Shown one piece after another: positions 27,716 to 40,829 of a stretch of DNA of 64,000 nucleotides. The DNA comes from a virus (taxonomy: Duplodnaviria > Caudoviricetes). Where the stretch lies: the IMG/VR virus record IMGVR_UViG_3300021387_000357, positions 18,768-82,767 of that record; one strand, given 5' to 3'. The stretch's first letter is position 1; every line of letters starts with the position of its first letter. A model generated the notes under the pieces. That model saw only the letters and a list, made by a program, of their open reading frames with translations, was not told where the DNA came from and searched no databases. A program made the position numbers and the translations under genes.

Positions 27716-29749
27716 ATGACACATAACTTTCCATATTTAAAAGATATTAATTTTTTAAAATTATTTGATTAGACTAAATTAAAATAGCAATTTGTAAAAC
27801 TAATAGTTTTAAATTTTAAAGAAATGCCAATAACTGAAATTCAAGGAAAAGTAATAAGCGGGAATCTTAATTTAGACGGGTCTTCTGGAATGAGAAGGAC
27901 TGGTAATATTACTTTAGTAGCGGATGAATATTAGAATGATCTGACAGATACTAAACATTTATTATCAATTAATAAAAAAATTTAGTTATTAATTGGTTTT
28001 ACTAATACAACAAAATAGTATTCTGATTTTCCTATACTATGGTTTCCACAAGGAATTTTTGTTATTACTGCACCAAATATTTCACATGGAATGGGCGGGA
28101 TTAATATATCTTTAACATTACATGATAAAATGGCTTTGTTAAATGGAGAATGCGGCGGGACTCTTCCCGCCTCAGTCATTTTTCATTAGGTTGAAGATAT
28201 AGATGAAAAAGGATAGATTTATATACGACAGCCAACAATATATCAAATAATTCAAGAATTAGTTAATCATTTTGGCGGATAGCAGTTGGGGAAAATTATT
28301 ATTAGTGATATAGATAATAAAATTAAAAAAGTAATGAAATGGACTGGTTCTACTCCATTGTATTTATACCAGAGCCTAGATAAAAGTAATGGACAGCTTT
28401 TAAATCATTTTAGCACTAATTATAATGAAGCAAAAGAAGGTTCTGGTACTATACAAGAATTTTCATATGGAGAAGATGTTGGATATATTTTAACAGATTT
28501 TACATATCCTGGTGAATTAGTTAGTAATGCAGGAGACACTGTTGTTACAATATTAGATCAAATTAAAAATGTTCTTGGTAATTATGAATATTTTTATGAC
28601 ATAGATGGTAATTTTAGATTTCAAGAAATTAAAAATTATTTAAACACATCATATTCCACTTTTAAAATTAATGAAATAAATGAAAATAATTATTTAGTTG
28701 ATTATACAAGTGGAAAATCTGTATATACTTTTACTGATGCAAATATAATTACTGCATTTTCAAATTCTCCTCAATATCAGCAAATAAAAAATGATTTTAT
28801 TATTTGGGGAAAAAGGCAAACAACAGATGGCAAATAGGTTCCTATTAGGTATCATTTGGCCATTGATAAAAAACCGTAGATAGGAAATGAATATAAGGTA
28901 TTCTTTTTTACAGATCCGGATGATGGAATAGTAAAAGCAAAAAAACCTGTAGAATTTGATAATAGAGAAAGTTTCCCAACAAAAGGATAGGTTGGTAATT
29001 ATTATCTTGCGGCAGATACTGCAATTATTTATAAATGGGCGTCTGATGTTCATAAGTTTGAACAAACCTCCTACACTATTTAGACAATAAAAACAACCGA
29101 TTATAGAACTGAATTATATATGGCAGGAGTTGCTAGTTAGCCTTTTGGATTGAATAGTAATTATTATTATACTGAATTAAAAAATTAGTGGCCTAAATTA
29201 TATAATGTGAGGGGGTCAAATCCAGGTTTTTTTGAAGAAAATATCTTACAACCAAGTAATATTGATTTCTTTTTAGATTTTATTGATACTAATTCTGCTT
29301 TAGAAGAATTTAATATTAATAATATTGGAAGAAGAACTGTTGTTTTAAATGATGATAAAATTAATTGTATTTTTTAGCCAAATAATCCAGATATAGTGAT
29401 TATATAGGCTGGAACCTTAGATACAGATACAATTAGAGAAGAATGTGAAAATAGAAAACAAGAATATGTACAAGTTAGATCTTAGTTATATTCTCTTTTA
29501 ATGAATGGTGGTTTTTTAAGATCTGCTTATGAATAGATGAGAAAAGAATTATATCAATATACCAATTATAATTAGCAAGTTTCTTTAACTACCTTACCGA
29601 TATATTATCTTGAACCAAATGTAAGAATTACAATTCGAGATGTTGAATGTGGTATTTATGGAGATTATATGATAAAATCTTTTTCTATTCCATTAGATGT
29701 AAATGGAACAATGTCTATTTCTTGTACAAAAGCATTAGAAAGAATTTAA
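27716..29749 (+). CDS. TAG-recoded putative tail/baseplate hub protein (about 677 aa)
   Basis: One frame including ORF 28286; YEYFYDIDGNFRFQ motif typical of tail hub-like proteins; ends TAA. Confidence 0.7.
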
Positions 29750-29772
29750 GAGTTAAAAGGAGAGCAATAAAT

Positions 29773-30471
29773 ATGTATCAAATTGGACAATTTAGAAAAT
29801 CTCAAATGGATTCTTATTCGACTCCTTTACAAATGACAATGGGATAGCAAGAAACAACCATTTCTTCTGAAGGAGATGTTATTTTTTATAATATATGTGG
29901 GAATTTAATAGGCGATAATGTCGTTAATAGTCAAAATTCTTATTATTTACGTTTTGGAGTTAGACAAAGAACCGATTCTGAACAAAGATTTTATTTAAAA
30001 TTAAGAAATATTACTGAAATAGAAGATAATGAACAGTTGTTAGAAGAATTTGTTGTTCCTAGCGGAGTTTCTATAATATATTTTGAAATAGTATTTACGC
30101 CTAATTCTACTTACAATCAAATACTTTGGGAATTACAAAGAACTATTTTAGATTATCAAATGTTAAATACAAATAATAATCATTATGGTAGAGTAATGAA
30201 TGTTGAAATACAAAGCTTTACTAGATTAATAGATGTTATGACCACATTAAAAAATCTTTATCCTAATATGAATTATTTAAGTAAAATCGGGATTCAAGGC
30301 CCACCATCTATGTTAATGTGTATAAATGGAGAACAGATAAGAATAGGAAAAAGCGGTATTTACGAAATTAATAATGGAATAATTAAAATTATTTCTATTA
30401 GTTTTGTTCCTAAATAGTCAACTCTTTCTTCAAATCAAACAGATTATTTTATTATGGATTTTGAATATTAA
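29773..30471 (+). CDS. TAG-recoded putative tail protein
   Basis: RBS, same frame as ORF 30037; ends TAA. Confidence 0.72.
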
Positions 30472-30488
30472 TTAGAGGAGGATTAAGA

Positions 30489-32342
30489 ATGTATTCTTTT
30501 TATGGCGGACAACCAGGTAATTCTTTTATAATTATTACAACATATAGAAGTATTGCTGATATGGTTGCTAAATTTAAATTAGGATCAGAATATACCGCAG
30601 TTCATTTTGATTAGCATGTAATGATTAATACTGTTAATAAAAATGATCCAGATAATGGTAAAATATATAGACGCGGTTACGATTTTAATAATGATATGGG
30701 TGGAGCCGAATTTGTAGGTACTATAGTGGGTCCCGCAGGAAAAGCTCCAATGATAGAAATGACAACAATAGCAGATGTAAAAAGAAAACAATCATCTTAG
30801 GGTTATAGCTAGCGGCGTTCATCTGGAAGCTATTCTGTATCTGAAAACAATCTAGTTCCTGGTAAAAAAACTGATGGAACTTTTAATGACGCAATTACAT
30901 GGGAATGTTGCTCTATAAGAAATCAAAATAATGAAGATACTACTGCATATGTTGGTTTTACTTTTCCATATACTGTAATTGATGTAGAAGCAAAAACTGT
31001 ATAGCCATATTCCAGTGGTAGATATGCTGATATGAGCGGCGCCACCCGCATTGATGATTATAAACATCCCTTTTATGAGAAATGGCGATTAGATATTCCG
31101 AATGGAGTAAAAGGAGATAGTTTTAAAAATTTAAAAATTCAAGTTGCAGATTCTACTATTGAAGAATATTAGGGTCAAGCAGATGATATAAATAATAATC
31201 GTGAAGTTTTAGTATATGAATATTATAATTATGAAACTTTAAAGAGCGGAAATCCAAAAAAAATTTATTTAGGTGATTATAATAATATTGATAATATTTC
31301 TATGTCTTAGGATGGAACTATTACTATTGAATATAGTCATGATAATGATAAAATTTTTAATAAAACTATAAAATGGATTGATGATATCGCTGTTGCAAAT
31401 GATGGTACATTAACTATTTCTTGGAACAATGGAACAGCTGATACTGTTTTTAATAAAAAAATAAAATGGATAACATCAGTTGTAATGTCTTCTAGTGGAA
31501 ATGTTTCTGTAAATTATAATACCGATTAGAGTTTTATAATTGGACAAGTAAAATGGATTCATTCAATTGAATTAAACAGCGATGGTACTTTAGCAATTAA
31601 TTATAATACTGGAGAAAGACAACTTATTGAAGATCATAAAATTAAATGGATTGATAGTGCTCAATTAACAAATGGTCATGTGCTTATTTTTACATATAAT
31701 GATGCAACTTCAGATACTTTTAACTTAATTCTTCCAAATAATGTAACTATAAATACAGGAACATTGTAGGGAGAAGGAACTCAAAAAGTAAGAGTATCTT
31801 GGACTAATGGAGAATATGCAGAAATTGGTAATCCTATTAATTATATTATGTAGGCAGCTGTTAATGATAATGAGCATTTACTGGTTCGATATTCAGATCC
31901 TGTAAGAAGAGCTTTAAGTACAACAGTGAACTGGGATGGAAAATCAGGCTGGACAGATATTGGTAGTTTAAAAGTTCCATATATATATGGAGATCCTGCG
32001 GCAACTAATTTAAAATGGTCTGGTATGGGGATGATAACCGATTCTGAAACAGGACATTTAAGTGTTGTTTTTACAATGCCATTAACTCAATTATTAGATC
32101 AAAATATTACCGCGGTTAACATTACCAATGGTAGATTATATGTTGATTCTCAAAGTAGTATTCATGATTTAAATAATTTTGTAATGAATTCTACAAATAC
32201 CACAGTAACTAAAACATTAAGTGGTTTAGAATTTCAAGTTCAAACAGAATATGAAAACTCAGGTGGCGCTTCAATAGAAATTGCAACAATTTTTATAAAT
32301 CAATTAAGTTTATCATTCGTAAGACCTATAGGGGAGGGGTAA
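30489..32342 (+). CDS. TAG-recoded tail fibre-like protein with internal repeats (about 617 aa)
   Basis: MYSFYGG start, GGAGG RBS; read through all TAG into ORF 31926; repeated IKWI...DGTL units. Confidence 0.75.
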
Positions 32343-32345
32343 TAA

Positions 32346-32666
32346 ATGACTAATGGTTATTTTGGAGTGATACAGGGTCCATTTATTGCAAACGAAGAAA
32401 TTCTTACAAAAATTCAAGAACAGTGTTTATATTAGATAGATTATATTTCTAAAATAGGAATTATATATAATGGAGATTTAAATTTAGATGTGAATAACAC
32501 TGTTTCTCCAAAAATTATAGTTATTATAAATGACATATAGTTTCAAATTGGAAAAACAAAAATATTAGAATTAGAAGATACAGAAATTAATTCTATAAAA
32601 TTTAAAGAAAACACTGATGATAAAATTTATATTGATTATCAATATTAGAAAATTAGTAATGAATAA
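32346..32666 (+). CDS. TAG-recoded small tail-associated protein
   Basis: GGAGG RBS; SKIGI...FQIGKTKILEL resembles 56954-57235 and the C-terminus of 29773-30471. Confidence 0.7.
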
Positions 32667-32708
32667 AAAAGGGGATAGATATAAATTATCTATCCCCTTA
32701 ATTTTTTT
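32666..32708. terminator. bidirectional terminator between convergent late operons
   Basis: AAGGGGATAGATA/TATCTATCCCCTT flanked by A and T runs. Confidence 0.8.
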
Positions 32709-32846
32709 ATATATTTTATAAATTATATTCAACTTTTGTAATCATTAAATAATATTTAATACTGATTTAAAGTGTCCTTTAAAACAGTGTTAATTTGCTC
32801 TACCATCACTTACAGGAACATATTATTATGTTACTCAATAATCACT

Positions 32847-35255
32847 TTAATCATCAATATACTTTTTCATATGACTAAAAGCTTCTGGATATGAAACAAT
32901 TTCAATCCCATGATTAATAATATATTGAATTAAATTATTAAAACTTGGATACCCTACTTGATAACCATTTTCATCTAATGAAGTATCCCATTCTTCCGTG
33001 CCCCAGGCATTAAAATGCGTACACAGAACAAGCACTCCGTTTCCGCCTTCTTTTACATATATATCAATGAGACTCTTAACAGCATCCAATCTAGAATACT
33101 GATCACCTTCAGGATCATAAGCTTGACGCATAATTCTGTATTTATCAATATGCTCATAGTTGTTATAATACCTATCGGAGGTAGTTATAACACTATCAAA
33201 ATTAAAGAAACGACCTAACTTTTCTGTTCTTGCTTCTTTTCTACCGCCAGGAACCACCCAATGGTTTGAAGAAAGTAATCCATTTGTCTTCATAAAACGA
33301 ATGGCTTTTGTTAAGTCTTTTCTTTGTTCATCTATATTAGGACCAGTCGGTCTCCAATAACTATTATTCTGATTTGAACAATGTAACAACATGCCAAACC
33401 CATCGCCTTCATATTCTAATAACTTGTTAATGTCAACATTATTATCCTCTATATGTTGTGTCATTACGGCATAATTTCCCACAACTCCATTATGCTTACA
33501 AGCATTATAAAATCTATCAACATATTCGTTCCTGGAGGTATCGTCATCTATTATAGTGCATATATATCTGTCATATATTGGTGCTTTTGATTTTCTTTTA
33601 TCAACTCGATATAATTTTATATTAGAAATACTTCCGTTAACCGTTGACAAATGATTAATCTTAATCCTCATATAGAATCCAACGGTAGTTATTGGAACGT
33701 TAAAAACAAATGGCTTGTGATTGATAAACAATGTAGAAGACCCATTTTCAAAAAAGCAGCCAATTTCAAATAATATATTATCATCGCTAGAATCAAAAAT
33801 TATTTTATAAGCTTGACCCGGAATTAACCAGTCTGGAATCGTTGTCTGTTCATAATATAAGTTAGTAAGTGCATTGGAAGTGGTTGTTCCAGTCACAACA
33901 CATTCTGAATTATCTTCGTTCCACGTAAAGGTTATACCATTAACGGTTCTTGAAATATATGTAATATTATCCATATCAACATATGTTTCATTAGTTCTAA
34001 ATAACTGTATAGTGATAATATCGTCAAAAACGATTTCGTGAGCTATTATATACAATCGCATATTAATACCAGTAACAGATTCATCAACGCTGAAATCAAA
34101 GTCACTATATGAATTAATATATTCAATGGTATCTCCCCTATAAAGATACAATCTGCATACTATTTTGAAGTTGGCATTGTCAAAACGCACATGGTATTTT
34201 TTGTTTCGCTCAATCCAACTAGGCACCATTTCTGGGCTATAAATAATGTTTTTAAAAGACTGAGATGCCTATTGCGAAAGCGTACCATTTACTTTCCATA
34301 TACCATTTTTTCTATACGTGTATGTAATGCCTTGCAATTCTGAACTATCCGTAACTCCAAATGCATCTAACAAATCCGTCCCTAACAACGTAAAATTATT
34401 TGTAACGCTTTCATTAAGAGTATCAATTTCATTAGCTAATTCAACATTTGTTTTAGCATTCAAAACTGCGATATTATTAACAACCACATTGACAGTATTG
34501 TTCGGATTAACTATAAACCGTATAATCATCCCTGTACAATTATCGGGAATATTCAATTTGCCATCAGCTTTAAATATTACTTCTCTACCGCCAGTCGATG
34601 CACCGTCAAAATATAATAAAAATACCAATGAAACAATACGATTATCACTTATATAGCATTTTACTCTATAACTATTACCGGGTTCAATTCCTTCTGGTAA
34701 TTTATTATAATTTACGTAGAGATTGTAGTTTGCTCGACTGCTTCCAGTTGTACCGACGACGGAGCATTCTGTTTTATCTGAATTCCAAGTAAAACTTACT
34801 CCTCCCGTTGTTTTATCAGTATATGTTACATTCTTCCTAAATAAATCCATAGGATTAAATTGGGAAAGATTATTTAAATCTTTCTTTAAATCAGTAATAT
34901 TATCACCAACAACCTTACTATCCGCAGCAGAACCACTTATAGTCAGACTCTAATCAACTGTCACCGCACTTCCAACAGGATTAACATTATTACTTAACCA
35001 ATTAGTTACATCTATGCTAATCTGACTAGCTATATAACTATTCAAATCCGCAATATTTAATTTTCTATTATCTAATAAAGTAATTTGACTTTGAATAGAT
35101 CCATTAGTATCTAAATCAACCTACCCAATTATATCTACTATTGAATTAGAAGATGTCTCATCCCAAACAACATTTTCTGCTAATACTTGGACAGGTATAT
35201 CGTCAGAATAAGTACCATCATCTTGTTTAATTCTAATACTTGTTAATTTATTCAT
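32847..35255 (-). CDS. TAG-recoded tail fibre/spike with C-terminal polysaccharide deacetylase-like domain (about 802 aa)
   Basis: Frame joins ORFs 34269-34850 and 32847-34229; CTIIDDD...MLLHC...VLCTH resembles NodB-type motifs. Confidence 0.7.
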
Positions 35256-35428
35256 TTATGTTTTTTCCTTTCTGATAAGGGATATTTTAATAATTTGATG
35301 ATATTTTAAATATCCCTTATCTTTTTATATTTTCTAAGGAGGGAAATTTATTTAAAAATAATTTATAGAAAATAATAAACTATAAATATTTTTTATTTAT
35401 TTTTACATGTTTCATTTAAAATGTACAT

Positions 35429-35578
35429 TTATTTAGTTTTAATTTTTAAACCAGTGATAATGTACCTATCACCATTGGTATCGTAAAAAATACCGTCATC
35501 TTTTACTGCCATTACAAACACGATCCCCATTTCCTTCAGAATTTCTTCTAACTTTTTTAAATTCTCGTTTGTAATCAT
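35429..35578 (-). CDS. small hypothetical protein
   Basis: AAGG RBS before MITNEN; directly follows fibre gene. Confidence 0.55.
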   Translation of the reverse strand: MITNENLKKLEEILKEMGIVFVMAVKDDGIFYDTNGDRYIITGLKIKTK

Positions 35579-35591
35579 GATTATACCTTTT

Positions 35592-38117
35592 TTATACCAT
35601 CGGATTAAATACATCTCCATTGTATGTATAACACTCCGTAAATTTCAATGTAGTATTCCCAGATTGAGTTACTGTATCTTCTACCTCACTATACATAGAG
35701 CATCCGCTAAATGTAATAGTTTTTGAATTAGTAATGGTCATCGCTATAGCACGACCGAATTGGCAGTTTGCAAAACGGATTGCTGTACTTGCATCAATGA
35801 TGATACTACCAAAGTGTATCTGCATACCTGTAAATATTTCTCCATTCCCCGCGTTTAACAATTTAATGGCAATACCTGCGTTTGCCGTTCCATCTGCACC
35901 TGCGCTATGATTGATAGTGCAATTTGCAAACGATCCATGTGAATTATTGGGAGATTTATTTCCTGTATTATCAATCATCACACCGATACGATTAGCTGAA
36001 AAATCACAGTTAGCAAAATTATTATTACCGCCATTGTCGATACAACCATAGTAACATTCCTGAATAACACAATTTGAAATGCGATGGAATTCTGAGTAGT
36101 ACGCTATATTCAGTCCGGCACTGCATCCGGCTATCTCACAGTCTGAAATCAGCATATGAGTTGACATCGTAAGACCCGTTCCACTACATAACACACCACT
36201 TCCTGAGAAATTCTCAATAGTGCAGTTAATAATGCGCCCTCTATACTGCGTAGTGCCATCAGACTGCCCGGAAATTTTCGTTCCTTCCCAGATAATACCA
36301 TTCCTTGTACCTATCTCAGATTGATCTTTATAGTTTGTACTACCGCCCCTGATACGTAAATGCATTACCGTTGAGTATGACTTAAGTTTAACCGTATATC
36401 CATTAGTTACAGATTCGTTTAATGTCAGCGTGGTCTTGTTTCCGCACCCCGTCAGCAATCCATATGCCGGGATCTCTATACCTGTTACTACAAAATTGCC
36501 AGGACCAAGCTTGCAGACCCCTGTGGTATTAAGCATCGTCTGAATGTCCCCAGTGCGATCGGTATTATCATTTGTGGATGCCAGATAGTTGTTTGTGTCT
36601 GTGGTGATAGTAGGGGAACAGGTAATGTTATAGGTATTCTCGTAATGATTCGTTTCGTAGGTATTGTTGTATGTCGTGCCATTGACAGACATCCAGAACT
36701 GCGCACCATCTGAAATTCTGCGTATACCAACATAAAACTAACTGTATGATGGGCATACAAGGTATAAAATGCTGTAAATCCTGATTAACTGATAAGTTAC
36801 ATTATCATGCCATGTTATATCCTGTATATCAATAGCGTCCTTGAATTTTTTTGACAGTCCTGAATAAACGCAAAATTCTGTCATATCAATAAACGGATCA
36901 AATGTGACATCATCAGTAAAAAATGTAACTAACGGCTTTCCTGGTTCAATATCACTGTTCGGTCGTGCATTAAGCAGAGCCATGTCTGATACAACTGCCG
37001 GAGTAACGGTAAGATCAGTTCCAGATTTAGTGACAATAGATAGATTCAACCGTACAGCATTTGATGGTATTTTAATTGCTGTATCAACTTTCACCGAATT
37101 CTACTGAACTATATTAGACCCAGCATCATAGAACAGATAGCGCAAATATACATTGTCATTGGTTGTCTTACATCGTGCAAAGTAAATCTAACCAGGCACA
37201 AGATATGACGGTAGACTTTCATTATAAAGCAACCTGACGCTTGTGCTTGTTGCCAATCCGCTTGCAATGCAGATGTTACCACTCCAATTATATGTAATTC
37301 CATTATGACTTGTACTGCCTGTGACATGGTTAAACCAATCACGGCACATATCATATACGTTAAAACGTACCAGATCATCTCTAGTAATCGTATTAAGGTT
37401 GCTAACTATAGTAATGGTACAGTTATAATCTGAAACAGCCATATCAACAACATCGTCTTTTCTGCATATAATAGTCAAATATCCATCTTGTGGGACTGTA
37501 TAAATCGCATTAACTTTTCCTTTTGTCTTCCACCCTGATGTAACAAATCCTGTTGACCCGGAGTTTTCGGTTTTCGGTACTCCAAAGTATACGTCCAAAG
37601 TCGGATTGGTATAGTAAATCTGCATCCCTTGTTTTACAGGGATCATGTTCATTAGTCTGATACGCTTTGTATTTGCAGATTTAGTCGTATAACTCCATGA
37701 CCCAGACTCAAACATACTTACATCAAACTCAAAATTACCAGTGTTCACAAATGATTCAGTTACACTTAATTGGTTTTTTAAATTTATATTTTCATTATCT
37801 AATCTATTTTTTAAAATATTATATATTGTACCATTAGATCCGACTCGTGCATCAATTACTTCAGTATCCTAAGTAGCAGCAGCAATAATATTATTAAATC
37901 TGGTCTATAAACTATTAACACTAGCCTGTGTAGCTTTAGTATTTACTAAATTAATTATTTGATCTTGAATGGATGTTGAAATATCAACTTCCCCTAGCAC
38001 ATCAACAAGAGTATGAGAAGCATCCCAATCAACATTTTCTGCCAAAACATTAATTGGTATTTCATCACCATATGATCCATCATCTCTTTTTATTTTTATA
38101 GCATATAATCTATCCAT
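35592..38117 (-). CDS. TAG-recoded tail spike with C-terminal right-handed beta-helix (pectin lyase-like) domain (about 841 aa)
   Basis: Frame joins ORFs 37905, 37188, 36738, 35592 through TAG only; GVCKLGPGNF and repeated ISNC.I/FANC.I turns. Confidence 0.78.
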
Positions 38118-38211
38118 TAAAAAAGAAATCTCCTTTCTTTTTATTATTTTCAAATTTATATAAAAGAAAAAAGGCTATTAATTATTAATAATTAATAGCC
38201 TTTCTTATTAT

Positions 38212-38526
38212 TTAAATATTGCCTAATTTTGTAAAAATCTTATTTGTAATATAAACAATTTCTTCCCCATAAGTAGAAATTAAATCAGCAACTAATTCTT
38301 CTTGCTCAAGAGAAAGACTAACATTATAAGAAAACATTGCGGCATGTGTAATTTCATGACACAAAACTTTCTTCAACAAATTTCCTTGAAGATTTTCATT
38401 AATATAAATTGTTCTAGTTAAATTATCACACGCACCTATAGAGTACTAACCATTTAGCCTTTGTAACAAAGGAAAATCTGGTGCTACAAAGGCTAATTTC
38501 CAATACACATTGTTAATTAAAAACAT
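38212..38526 (-). CDS. HExxH zinc metallopeptidase-like protein (1 in-frame TAG)
   Basis: VLCHEITHA motif; ATG overlaps the stop of the upstream gene; missed by ORF track. Confidence 0.7.
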
Positions 38527-39134
38527 TAGGCTATTTTACTAGCAAGTGTAGTCATCTTCTGATGAAGAGTAGCTCTTTCCTCAGGAGATGCATCCTTAAT
38601 CATTTCAGTAATATCTGTTGACAATTCTTGTAAATATGCTTCTAATTCACGAAGTTGCGAATTAGGATCATTATGCATTTCTTTACCTTCCATATACATG
38701 CGGCGTCTCATTGGACTTCTACCTTCGCGGGGATCCCGCCACATGTCACTAGGCATCTCAGTATAATAATTTGTGCCACCGCGGTTTCCGCCAGAACTAG
38801 AATTTGAGCCAGAACCAGAGTTACTACCATTACCACCACCATAATACATATACCCATTATTTCTTTCCATTTCTCTATATGGATCAGTATACATCATTCT
38901 ATTATAATTCATTGGTGTGGTGTAATAATTAATATTGGTTTCACTCTTATTTTCTTCTTTACTTTTTTCCATTGACTCAGTAATGGTACCATAATAAATA
39001 GCTTCAGCCAAATCTTTAATCATATCAACGGCTTCACTAAGTTCATGTGAATCGGCTTTAGAGATATCCCCAAGTTGTCCCTGAACACAGCTTGTCAATT
39101 GATCTTTCATCATTTTTAAAGTTTCTGTTGCCAT
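38526..39134 (-). CDS. conserved hypothetical protein of Firmicutes phage cassette
   Basis: GGAT RBS; helical N- and C-termini around a Gly/Ser/Asn linker. Confidence 0.75.
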   Translation of the reverse strand: MATETLKMMKDQLTSCVQGQLGDISKADSHELSEAVDMIKDLAEAIYYGTITESMEKSKEENKSETNINYYTTPMNYNRMMYTDPYREMERNNGYMYYGGGNGSNSGSGSNSSSGGNRGGTNYYTEMPSDMWRDPREGRSPMRRRMYMEGKEMHNDPNSQLRELEAYLQELSTDITEMIKDASPEERATLHQKMTTLASKIA

Positions 39135-39149
39135 AATTCCTTATCCTCC

Positions 39150-39605
39150 TTAAGCTATTCTGTTTACTGATAATTCAGCATTACGTCTTATTTGAATAGA
39201 CGGAGTTGGTGTTGTAGCTGCATCATCTTCAGTTCCATCCACGTATGTGGCAGATATAGTTACGCAGCATCCGCAAGGAACAGTAACAAAAGCTGTGGTA
39301 TTAACATGCCAGTATTCTTCCGCCGCAGTAGGTGTTATTATTGCAACACTTTCTGGTATTACAGCACCATTAATAGTAATACCAACTGCAATTGGGGTCA
39401 CAGCTCCGCCAGCAGGGATTTGAATATTTCCCTGAAGAGTAACTTCATATCTTGCAAAACGATTAGAGGTATTGCCATTTAAGTTAAGAATTCCAGGAGC
39501 AAGGGGAATAACATTCCCCTTGTTGCACGGAATAGAAACACTATTAAATGGAATTGTACCATTTAATGCTACTAACGCATCTGTTGTTGTTACATAACTA
39601 GCCAT
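39150..39605 (-). CDS. beta-sandwich protein, possibly BclA-C/C1q-like
   Basis: GGAGG RBS; beta-rich with VTVPCGCC motif; fold call is inference. Confidence 0.6.
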   Translation of the reverse strand: MASYVTTTDALVALNGTIPFNSVSIPCNKGNVIPLAPGILNLNGNTSNRFARYEVTLQGNIQIPAGGAVTPIAVGITINGAVIPESVAIITPTAAEEYWHVNTTAFVTVPCGCCVTISATYVDGTEDDAATTPTPSIQIRRNAELSVNRIA

Positions 39606-39620
39606 AAGCGTGCCTCCTTA

Positions 39621-40523
39621 TCAGTTATAGAACGCGTTATTTCCGCATCCACAACCGCCATTATTGCAGGTAAAAATTGGAGTTCTACCATAAACAGGAG
39701 TAGAAGGAACTGGGCAATTGCTTAAACGATTGTAGAGTTGATCGACTTCATTAGAAAATCCTTGCTGAATGAAGGCATTTTGTGCAGTTTGAGATGCTGC
39801 AAGATCTTTCATAGCGATTTTCTGGCGAAGATTTGCAATAAGTTCATTCTTAGCATCAAGCTTATCCTGGCAAAGTTGGTCTTTAATAGACTGAATACCG
39901 CCATTAATAGTGTTAAGTAATGCCTGAGTATTAGCAACGCCCTGTGCGGTAACGTCTCTAAGAGCACCTTCTACAGCAGCTCTATCAGCACAGGCTTCAG
40001 TGGCAACAGTATACTTCAAATCAGCAACTGACGCACGATTTTCGCAGCAACAGTTCTGCTGATTCATTGCAAGAGTATTAAGTTGATTAGAAAGACCAGT
40101 TTGTAAACCAAATAATTGATTCATATTAGCAAACTGACGTCCATTTTCAGCGATTTCTGCCTGAGCAAAGCCGTTTGCAACTCCTGCAAAACCTGAACAA
40201 AGAGCGCTATTAACACCAGCAAAACCATTAGTAACTGCACCAGTAATAGCACCAAGGTCACTCATAATAGCTTGCTGGTCAAATCCATGCTGCACTTCGC
40301 TAGTAGTATTGAAAACATAAGGCACGAAACCGCCGCCTCCATTACCACCACCATTACCGCCATTGTTCCAGCCGTTATTATTACCCCAACCGCCTATTAA
40401 AATTATAATAAGAAGAAGGATAAGACCGCCATCGCCAAGGCCGCCCCAGTTACCATTATTACCGCCATTTCCAGTAGCTGCTGCAATATCTGCTAAAGAA
40501 TAACCATTATTATTATTAAACAT
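39621..40523 (-). CDS. Gly/Asn-rich protein with N-terminal hydrophobic segment and Cys-rich motifs
   Basis: GAGGAG RBS; GGLILLLIIILIGGW, QNCCCEN, GGCGCG. Confidence 0.75.
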   Translation of the reverse strand: MFNNNNGYSLADIAAATGNGGNNGNWGGLGDGGLILLLIIILIGGWGNNNGWNNGGNGGGNGGGGFVPYVFNTTSEVQHGFDQQAIMSDLGAITGAVTNGFAGVNSALCSGFAGVANGFAQAEIAENGRQFANMNQLFGLQTGLSNQLNTLAMNQQNCCCENRASVADLKYTVATEACADRAAVEGALRDVTAQGVANTQALLNTINGGIQSIKDQLCQDKLDAKNELIANLRQKIAMKDLAASQTAQNAFIQQGFSNEVDQLYNRLSNCPVPSTPVYGRTPIFTCNNGGCGCGNNAFYN

Positions 40524-40573
40524 TATAAAATCTCCTCTTACTTTCCAAAAAGATAGTGATATTTACAAGTTAC

Positions 40574-40813
40574 TTACATAAATTGGTTCCTAAGATTTGC
40601 TAATTCCTTATCAAAGTCCAAACCTCTTTGCGCCGCAAGATTACGTCCTAACATCTATAACCCAGATATATTACCCTTTTGAGCCATTTGTAAAGCATTA
40701 TTGATAATAGGATTATTTTGACCTCTTTGCTGTAAAATACTCATCAAAAGTTGTTGTGGATTGCTCCCGCCTTTTATCATTTGAACTAATTGCATTGGAT
40801 TTACATTATTCAT
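40574..40813 (-). CDS. small Gln/Met-rich protein (1 in-frame TAG)
   Basis: AAGGAG RBS; GNISGL*MLGRNL; ends TAA. Confidence 0.72.
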
Positions 40814-40829
40814 AATAAATCTCCTTTAA

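Noticed and set aside
32847-38117. Diversity-generating retroelement acting on the fibres
   Set aside because: No reverse transcriptase or template/variable repeat pair seen in this window
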